Assembly: GCA_031411295.1 (NCBI GenBank)
Contig: JANOAV010000031.1
Location: 1-56,068 of the forward strand
Length of the DNA: 56,068 nucleotides
Reading direction: 5' to 3'
Source: Verrucomicrobiales bacterium
Lineage (GTDB): Bacteria; Verrucomicrobiota; Verrucomicrobiia; Verrucomicrobiales; V1-33
Numbering within the stretch: the stretch's first letter is position 1; the number at the start of each line of letters is the position of its first letter. Shown here in pieces: positions 49,435-56,068 of this stretch. The notes below the pieces were generated by a model, which ran no database searches, was not told where the DNA came from, and saw nothing but the letters and a program-made list of their open reading frames with translations. Both the position numbers and the translations under genes were made by a program.

Positions 49435-50133
49435 CTACTCTTCGGGATCGTTCAAATGAATCTGGTAATGCCAACCTTCGGCTGCAATCATTTCAAAGAG
49501 TCCTGTGCTCACGCTCAACGGTGTTTCTGGAGTGGCCACGATCAAGATGAATCGGTTCGTAACGCTTTCTTGGCCGATGATCGTGTCGATATCGCCCTTC
49601 AGTTCTTCCAGTGTCCGAAGGGTGTCATTTAGCAGGATTCCAGAGGGTGTGAGCGTGACTACGAGCACACAACTTGTTTGATCATGGCTCTTCACTAATG
49701 CCAAATCCTCTCCTCCAGGGATTTCCATATCGTAAGGTGGATCCTTCTCAAAAGGCGGGAACATGTAAAGCAACTCACGATCATTTCCGATGCGCCAGCG
49801 CATCGACATGTGCGTGATCGCAAAATGATTTAACGCCCGGTAAAGCAACCGAAAATCAGCCGAGTCACTTAGGGTGAAACGAAAACGCTCCGCTGCCGAA
49901 CGATCGGTATCCGTTACAATTGAATTAAAGGGTGAACTCGTGATTTGATCAAAATCGAGGGCTTCTACCGTCTCCGCCTGCACCGCCCGAGATCCCCACT
50001 TTTGCCATACGACGCGCTGAGGCGAAATGCTTACTTCAACCGTCTGCTGTTGTTGAAGATAATACACTCCCATCAAGGCAGCCGTGAGGACCAAGATTAT
50101 TCCAAAAAATATTTTTAGTCTGCGAGGCAGCAT
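49435..50133 (-). CDS. Hypothetical single-TM protein with ExbD/TolR-like C-terminal domain
   Basis: N-terminal TM helix; C-terminal LVVTL...GILLND.....EEL......ILIVA..ETP pattern. Confidence 0.5.
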   Translation of the reverse strand: MLPRRLKIFFGIILVLTAALMGVYYLQQQQTVEVSISPQRVVWQKWGSRAVQAETVEALDFDQITSSPFNSIVTDTDRSAAERFRFTLSDSADFRLLYRALNHFAITHMSMRWRIGNDRELLYMFPPFEKDPPYDMEIPGGEDLALVKSHDQTSCVLVVTLTPSGILLNDTLRTLEELKGDIDTIIGQESVTNRFILIVATPETPLSVSTGLFEMIAAEGWHYQIHLNDPEE

Positions 50134-50345
50134 CAGATCGCAAGCACCGTCCAAGTCTCCCCATCATCACTGGAAATCTCCAGACTAACCGTGAGCGTAG
50201 GCGAATCCGGGTCCATCAAGGCACACGTAATATCGCCCAGTTTCGTCCCCGCCCGCGGGCAGGGATTCACCTTAGAAACCACCGGAGGCACGGCGAGAGC
50301 AGAGCCAAGGTAAGCCAACGAAAAAAGGATCAAAAGACGTTTCAT
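50133..50345 (-). pseudogene. Truncated secreted-protein gene (signal peptide plus about 50 aa)
   Basis: PPVVS.V...R.GTKL.DI...L.D.DS..LTVSLEISSD.G.TW resembles the N-terminal module of much longer verrucomicrobial secreted proteins, but stops at 70 aa. Confidence 0.45.
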
Positions 50346-50454
50346 TCACTAACCCATAGCTGAATAAAGTGATGGCAGCAAGAAACATTCAAAACAGGAA
50401 TCCCTGCTTGAACTCTGATCGAAATTGGTCAGGATGAGGAATTCAACAGTAGAG

Positions 50455-50895
50455 ATGCCACCCAAACACAAAGTCCCAAGCAAGGAGAAATCAGGGAACC
50501 AATATAGGTCCGCTGCGGAGGCGCGTTTTACAGATGCCCAAGTGTTACTGCGGGAGGGGCGGTATTTAGCGGCTCTTTATCTGGGCGGCTATACTGTGGA
50601 AATGATGCTGAAGTGGGCCTTGGCAGATGCGGCTGGTGATGCGACGAAGACCGTGGAATACTCTGGTAGCCATGGTCATGATTTCACGATGCTTTTGGCA
50701 GCATCCCAATTCAAAAATAGTCTGCTCAGTGATCGACTCATTTTGCAGTCTTGGAACGTGCTGCAAGACTGGACGACAGCCTGGCGATATGAAACGGTGT
50801 TGCCTTCCGATTTCCGAAAGCAGCCTGAGAAAAAGGTGAAATGTTGGCTGGATCATGTTGAAATTCTCACAGACTGGTTGATTCTAAGAGCATGA
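50455..50895 (+). CDS. HEPN domain protein
   Basis: R..DA.VLL..GRY..A.YL.GY.VE..LK, H.HD...LL and W...WRY motifs; helical. Confidence 0.75.
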   Translation: MPPKHKVPSKEKSGNQYRSAAEARFTDAQVLLREGRYLAALYLGGYTVEMMLKWALADAAGDATKTVEYSGSHGHDFTMLLAASQFKNSLLSDRLILQSWNVLQDWTTAWRYETVLPSDFRKQPEKKVKCWLDHVEILTDWLILRA

Positions 50896-51296
50896 ACACG
50901 AAGACAATATTAACTGTAGGGCAGAAAAAGACCCTATCCCGCCTGCGGGAGGTCATCAGTCTGGCGAAGCCTACAAAGGGCTTTGAGATCAGTCTCAAAG
51001 CCACAGGGGATCCTGCACTGAAGCATCTCCAAGTCGTGACGGAGTCATGGAAAAGCAAGCCGAGGTGGGATCGGATTGGCAAGGTGACGGATGCCTTAGT
51101 CAAGCATATGCCAATTGGGGAAAGGGAGCATATCGTTTCTGTCTCCGTTTTCACGAAAGAAGAATTTGCTGATCGCACCGCATTTGCCAAGAAGATGGCG
51201 CGGATTTCTCGTGGGGCAATTGCGAGGCCAACCGTGAAAGCACCCACCAAAAATGCCGCTAGGGTGCCAGGGCGGAAAAAAATGGTTTTGGCATAG
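50892..51296 (+). CDS. Hypothetical protein, BolA-like fold suspected, basic tail
   Basis: HLQVVTESW....RWDR...V.DAL......I.SVSVFT.EE pattern; ATGA overlap with the HEPN gene. Confidence 0.6.
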   Translation: MNTKTILTVGQKKTLSRLREVISLAKPTKGFEISLKATGDPALKHLQVVTESWKSKPRWDRIGKVTDALVKHMPIGEREHIVSVSVFTKEEFADRTAFAKKMARISRGAIARPTVKAPTKNAARVPGRKKMVLA

Positions 51297-51387
51297 TTTG
51301 TTTACTTCATGAAGCAGGAGCGGACCGATCCTGCGTCCATCCAACAGCAGGCTGCAGCAGTCCAAGGTGGCTGAAGCCGTCGGTGAC

Positions 51388-54300
51388 TCAATCCTCCACA
51401 CTAACCTTCATTTCATCACTATTCCCACGGAGTTCCGGCGCATACATGGCGCTGGCTTTGGCGGGGAGGGCGCTGAATTTGCCGGGGGTTTCGGCTTTGA
51501 GTCGGTAGGTTAAGCTGTGTTTCCCCAGCGGAAGTTGGCGGAGGAAGAAATCGACGCGTTCGTCGTGGAATTCGCGATACGCCGGGAGGCCTTCGTAGGT
51601 GTAACCACTGCGGACTTCAGTGGCTTCGAAGCCGGCGGGTTTGAGGTCTTGGAAGAGCAGGTATTCATAGTCGTTCTTGCTGTCGATCACGAGTTCCACT
51701 TCCACCAGATCACCACTCTTCAGCGTCTGGCCGTCGGCCATGGGGGCGCGATCATACTTGAGCACCTTCTGTTCGACGGCTTGGCCGCGGCTGCCGCTGA
51801 CAAGGGCTTTGGCGTCTTTGCGTTCAGTTAGTTTGTAGTAGCGACGCTCCACTTTCACTTCCAGTCCGGCTTTGGTGATCCGGTCTTCCAGCGTGAAGTT
51901 CGTGACGTAGGCGTTGAAGTAAAGCGGGCCGGCGCCGGTCTTCTTGAACTCGATGGTGTGTTTGCCAGCGGGGACTTCCTTGCCCAGCAGGAGCAGGGTG
52001 TTGTCGAAGGTAAATAGATTCTCCGCCGTGATTTTCACTTCCTTTTTCACCTGGCCATCCAGCAGGACTTGCACGGTCATGTCGGGCGCGGTTTCCTTGG
52101 TTGCTTTGAGGTAATCGTTGAGCCCTTCGATGACGTAGGCGGTATCCCGCGTGGACGTCCAGTAGGTGGCGTTTTTGCGATTATTTACGAGGAACTTCAC
52201 CAAGCCGGAAGCCTTGTCGCTTTTGGGATCCACGCGGCTGAGCAGCTTCAGGTAAAAGGCATCCGCCTCGAATTCGCTGCCATACCACCACCACCAGAAG
52301 TTGCCATTTCGCAGATCCAAGTGGGCGCTTTGGTTCTCGGCATCCAGCACAAGGTATTGCTCAATGTTCTGGACGAGCATGTCGCGCTTTTCCGTTTGCC
52401 CTTGCAAATCCAGCGCCAGACCGAAGCAGGCTTTGGCATAGACTTGTAGCCCATTGCGGTCGCGATAAAGGAAATCGCGCATGGCCGTGTTCGCTTCCTT
52501 TGCCTTGAACTCACTGATGACCATGTGAATGAACGCGTCCATTTCATCGGCGGCGTGTTTGTGATTCTTGTGCTTTTCTGGGAGCTTCAGTCGCGCGGTT
52601 TCCTTGTCCTCGTAGCGTTCCAGCCACTTCACGCCGTTCTCCAGCATGTTGGGAACGTAAGTTAGGCCAGCCTGTTTCCCTGCGATGAGTCCATGCACTA
52701 CCACGGCCGTGGTGTGGGGGTAACTTTCCTCTCGTTCGCCTGCGAACCAGCCCCAGCCGCCATCCCGATTCTGCATGGCGGTGAGCCGCTCCACGCCGTG
52801 TTTCACCATGCGGTTGTATTCCTTTTCATTGAAGACCGGATGCTTGTCAGGAGGCAGCAAATGCTTCCATTGTTCTGCGCGCTTTTTGGCATCGCCAATT
52901 TCCTGCGGATTCAAATTCGTGAGTTTGTTCTGGATCGCCTTGAGGTCGATGCCGCTGTCACTCAGCGTTTTGCGAGCCAGCACTAACGGGAGAAATTTAT
53001 TCAACGTTTGTTCGGTGCATCCGTGTGGATACTGCGCCAGATAAGGGATGGCGTCGAGCATGGCGGTGGCGATGGTGGGGCTGAAGCGCACTTCCAAACG
53101 CGATTGCTCCTCCCGTCGTTCGTTGGGCACGTTGATTTCGATCTTGCCGCTGGTGACATCCGATTTCATGGCTCCGCTGAAAGAATCCGTCTTCAGCATC
53201 CCATGCACGAACACTGGATAACTCATCTGCATGGCATCGGAATCGCCTTCGGTGATGGCTTTCATGCGCACGACGGCGGTGCCTTCCTTGGCAACTTTCA
53301 CGCGCCAATCAACGCGCTTTTCGCCCTGACTTTCGAGGTTGATCGTTTGCGTCAACTCACTGCCAGCCATGGCCTCAAGGCAGCCACCGTCCAGTTCCAG
53401 GGAAACTTTCACTTCCTTGGCAGCGGGCAGGTAATTGTGGACATTGGCGCTCAGAACCACTTCATCTTTTTCCACGAAGAAACGTGGCGCTTGCTGACGC
53501 AGGATGAGGTCTTTGCTGGTGATGATTTCCGCCTCGCCTTCGCCCACGCGGGTGCCGTGACCCATGGCCCAACTCTTGATTTTCCAGGTGGTTAGGTTGT
53601 CCGGCAGCGGCACTTCGACTTCGGCTATGCCTTCCGCATTCGTTTCCAAAGCGCCCGCCCAGAACACAGCATCGGCAAAGGCAGAACGCACGGTTACGGT
53701 GGGAGCGGGGCCGTCCGCGCTTTCGCCACCTGATTCATCGGATTCTGCTGCTTTGTTAACAGAGCGACTTTTCGTAGCCATCGGGGCCATTGCCGCTCCG
53801 GGCGCGGCGTCAGCAAACATGTCGGCATTTCCAGCGGTGCGACGGGCCCTCCCGCTCATAGCGATTCCCCCACCGAATCCATCACTCAGATTCCCACTCC
53901 CCCCTCGTCCTAGCATTCCGCTACTCATCGTGGTGACTTCACTCAGATCCGCCACCTCCCCGCCGAACATTCCCAGATTCGCCATGCCAGTCGCATCACG
54001 TGGCACGGACAAATTCACTGCTTGAAATTGCAAATTGTGCTCCATCTGTGCGGAGTATTGCCGACGCCATTTCCAGAAGAACTCCTTGATCTCAGGCACG
54101 TTGGAACCGCCGGAAATGTATTCCAGCGCTTTGTCATAGACCGTGACCACGGTTTGCCCTTGGAACGGCTTGCCGTCCACGTCGGTGAGCTTCAGTTTTA
54201 CCTTGGCTTTGTCCTGCGGTTTATGTTTCGCATTGTCCGTTAGGACTTCCAAATTCAGCACCCGTTTTGTCGGCGGCACCACGATCTCTCGCACTGCGGT

Positions 54301-55932
54301 GTGCACTTTGCCATTACTTACCGTAAACGCTTCGATGAAGAAATTCGGCATGTCTCCGACGGCCACTTTGATCGTTTCCGAGGCGCTCTTGCCATTGAGT
54401 TTCAGAATCTGCGGACGGCCCGCAATGCCGCGAGAAGTGCGCACGAAGAGGAAGACGGTGCTGTCGCTTTGCGCGGTATTTACCAGCAATTTCACTTCCT
54501 CGCCCGGAGCATACTCCGCCTTCTCCGGCATCAGTTCCAGATCGTTGAAACGATAGTCTTTCTCATTGGTGCCCTGACCGCGAATCACAAACACGGAGCC
54601 ACCTTCGATGACATGGCCCTTGGCATCCGTGACTTTCGCTAACAAACGATATTGCCCTGCGGCGGAAGCGCTGAGTTTCAGCTTGGCGCTGCCTTCCGCG
54701 TCCGTTTTGAAGGCTTCCTTTTTCACTTCTTTTTCAATCGGCTCGCCTTTTTCATTGTAGGAAAGTTTCTGCAATGACCAAGTGCCCTCGCCCGCCACGC
54801 CTTTGCGATCCAGTGTTTGGGCGCGCACACCGATCTCGATGGGTTGGTCCACTTCATAGTGTCCCCGATCCGTCCAGATGTTGACTTTGAAAGGCTTCCG
54901 CGCCACGAGCACCTGCCCGCTGCCCACGATGGTGCGGCGGCTTTCGTCGGTGACTTCCACGGTAATTTCATAGCGATGATCTTCATCGGGATGCAATTCC
55001 TTGGCCATGGCGGTATCGATCTCGATGGACACGGTGCCATCCGGACCGATGGCGGCTTCATTTTCCATCACTAATTCCGGTGGATCCGCCTGATGTCCAT
55101 ACCACCAACCGATGGGCGCGAAACAGCCCCAGTGCTTCCATCCAGGATACCAAGCGTAGTCACCACAGAACCACCAGTAGCCCGGACCATAGAACCAATC
55201 CCAGTCGCGTGCCGGGAACCAACGGGCATCGTGGGTGGTGCGCTGGACTTTGTATTTCACCTTGGCATTGACCACCGGGGCCCCGAAATAATACTTCGCC
55301 GTGACCTTGGCGGAAATCTTCTCACCCAGCATCAGTGGCTCCGTGGGCGCATCCACCTTCACTTCGTATTCCGGTTTCTTGTATTCCTCCACGCGGAACG
55401 TGCCTTGTTGTTGGAACCCATGATTTTCCTTCATGATCGAGACACGATACACGCCCAAATTGGCATCTTCCGGCAAGGTCAGTTCATCCGTTAGTCCACT
55501 GTAAGCATCTGTCCGGTGGTTCTTGTCGTAAACTTTCTCGTTCTTTCCGTTGTGGATTTCCAGATGGAAGTCCTGGTCTGCAAACTCACTGCGATCCAGA
55601 GGCGCATCATAGTTGGCGCGACGAACCCAGGCTTTGAATTTCACCGTTTGGCCGGGTCGGTAAACGGGCCGGTCGGTGATGACGTGAATTTTCTGTTGGT
55701 CATATTTCTCGCCAGCTTGCGGGGCATACCACACGTTGCTGAAGCCCAGATAGGCAAAGCGGCCTTCCTTGGTGGTGGCGGTCACGAGCCACTGGTATTC
55801 ACGCGACACCTGTTCCTCTTTCCCGAACCACTGACCCTGCGCATCGGTGGCTTCAGCGAAATTCCGCGTGACCACATTGTAGTAGCGTTTGTTCGTCTGC
55901 TGCTTTTCCGGAATGGACTGCTGCTTATAGCC
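51388..55932 (-). CDS. Alpha-2-macroglobulin family protein (5' part missing or interrupted)
   Basis: TDRPVYRPGQ, FRVEEYKKPE, bait-like region, LPDNLTTW, thioester motif YPHGCTEQ, DGGWGW and AMYAPE. Confidence 0.9.
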   Translation of the reverse strand, partial: GYKQQSIPEKQQTNKRYYNVVTRNFAEATDAQGQWFGKEEQVSREYQWLVTATTKEGRFAYLGFSNVWYAPQAGEKYDQQKIHVITDRPVYRPGQTVKFKAWVRRANYDAPLDRSEFADQDFHLEIHNGKNEKVYDKNHRTDAYSGLTDELTLPEDANLGVYRVSIMKENHGFQQQGTFRVEEYKKPEYEVKVDAPTEPLMLGEKISAKVTAKYYFGAPVVNAKVKYKVQRTTHDARWFPARDWDWFYGPGYWWFCGDYAWYPGWKHWGCFAPIGWWYGHQADPPELVMENEAAIGPDGTVSIEIDTAMAKELHPDEDHRYEITVEVTDESRRTIVGSGQVLVARKPFKVNIWTDRGHYEVDQPIEIGVRAQTLDRKGVAGEGTWSLQKLSYNEKGEPIEKEVKKEAFKTDAEGSAKLKLSASAAGQYRLLAKVTDAKGHVIEGGSVFVIRGQGTNEKDYRFNDLELMPEKAEYAPGEEVKLLVNTAQSDSTVFLFVRTSRGIAGRPQILKLNGKSASETIKVAVGDMPNFFIEAFTVSNGKVHTAVREIVVPPTKRVLNLEVLTDNAKHKPQDKAKVKLKLTDVDGKPFQGQTVVTVYDKALEYISGGSNVPEIKEFFWKWRRQYSAQMEHNLQFQAVNLSVPRDATGMANLGMFGGEVADLSEVTTMSSGMLGRGGSGNLSDGFGGGIAMSGRARRTAGNADMFADAAPGAAMAPMATKSRSVNKAAESDESGGESADGPAPTVTVRSAFADAVFWAGALETNAEGIAEVEVPLPDNLTTWKIKSWAMGHGTRVGEGEAEIITSKDLILRQQAPRFFVEKDEVVLSANVHNYLPAAKEVKVSLELDGGCLEAMAGSELTQTINLESQGEKRVDWRVKVAKEGTAVVRMKAITEGDSDAMQMSYPVFVHGMLKTDSFSGAMKSDVTSGKIEINVPNERREEQSRLEVRFSPTIATAMLDAIPYLAQYPHGCTEQTLNKFLPLVLARKTLSDSGIDLKAIQNKLTNLNPQEIGDAKKRAEQWKHLLPPDKHPVFNEKEYNRMVKHGVERLTAMQNRDGGWGWFAGEREESYPHTTAVVVHGLIAGKQAGLTYVPNMLENGVKWLERYEDKETARLKLPEKHKNHKHAADEMDAFIHMVISEFKAKEANTAMRDFLYRDRNGLQVYAKACFGLALDLQGQTEKRDMLVQNIEQYLVLDAENQSAHLDLRNGNFWWWWYGSEFEADAFYLKLLSRVDPKSDKASGLVKFLVNNRKNATYWTSTRDTAYVIEGLNDYLKATKETAPDMTVQVLLDGQVKKEVKITAENLFTFDNTLLLLGKEVPAGKHTIEFKKTGAGPLYFNAYVTNFTLEDRITKAGLEVKVERRYYKLTERKDAKALVSGSRGQAVEQKVLKYDRAPMADGQTLKSGDLVEVELVIDSKNDYEYLLFQDLKPAGFEATEVRSGYTYEGLPAYREFHDERVDFFLRQLPLGKHSLTYRLKAETPGKFSALPAKASAMYAPELRGNSDEMKVSVED

Positions 55933-56068
55933 CAATGCCTTTAAGGATTCAAAAATATCTGGAATTCTGTAATTTCCCATGGCGCCCTGCCAGCTTCTGA
56001 TGGATTGGGCGGATGCCCCATAACTCCCTGCCGCTTCCCGCATTCTTTTCCAATTTCGCCGCAGCCTT
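55933..56068. mobile_element. Possible insertion-sequence end interrupting the alpha-2-macroglobulin gene
   Basis: Sequence composition shifts at 55933, where CAATGCCTTTAAG resembles IS4-type termini. The A2M reading frame beyond this point does not look like A2M. Confidence 0.4.

Overview
A GC-rich bacterial genome segment. Gene content points to Verrucomicrobia (PVC group): a giant autotransporter-type beta-strand-repeat protein, a PVC-type CxxCH dehydrogenase, DUF1080, a Ser/Thr kinase-WD40 protein and an alpha-2-macroglobulin. This assignment is inference. The backbone is housekeeping: recQ, histidine kinase, SulP, gltX, tatC, argH, ppaC, LptF/G, yicC-gmk, an ABC exporter, tRNA-Val(TAC) and rfbB. 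Accessory patches: (1) a collapsed type I R-M remnant with a 21-bp tandem insert at the left end; (2) an island at about 35.2-39.0 kb carrying a P-loop ATPase and a degenerate-NTPase-like/42-aa-TPR gene, next to a palindromic 42-bp array; (3) an island at about 49.3-51.3 kb carrying a translationally coupled HEPN + BolA-like gene pair; (4) an alpha-2-macroglobulin apparently cut by an IS-like end at the right edge. Also seen: a candidate small RNA or attenuator, REP-like elements, an Amidase_3 protein lacking catalytic residues and an oversized TatC. All product calls come from motif recognition by eye; no searches were run.
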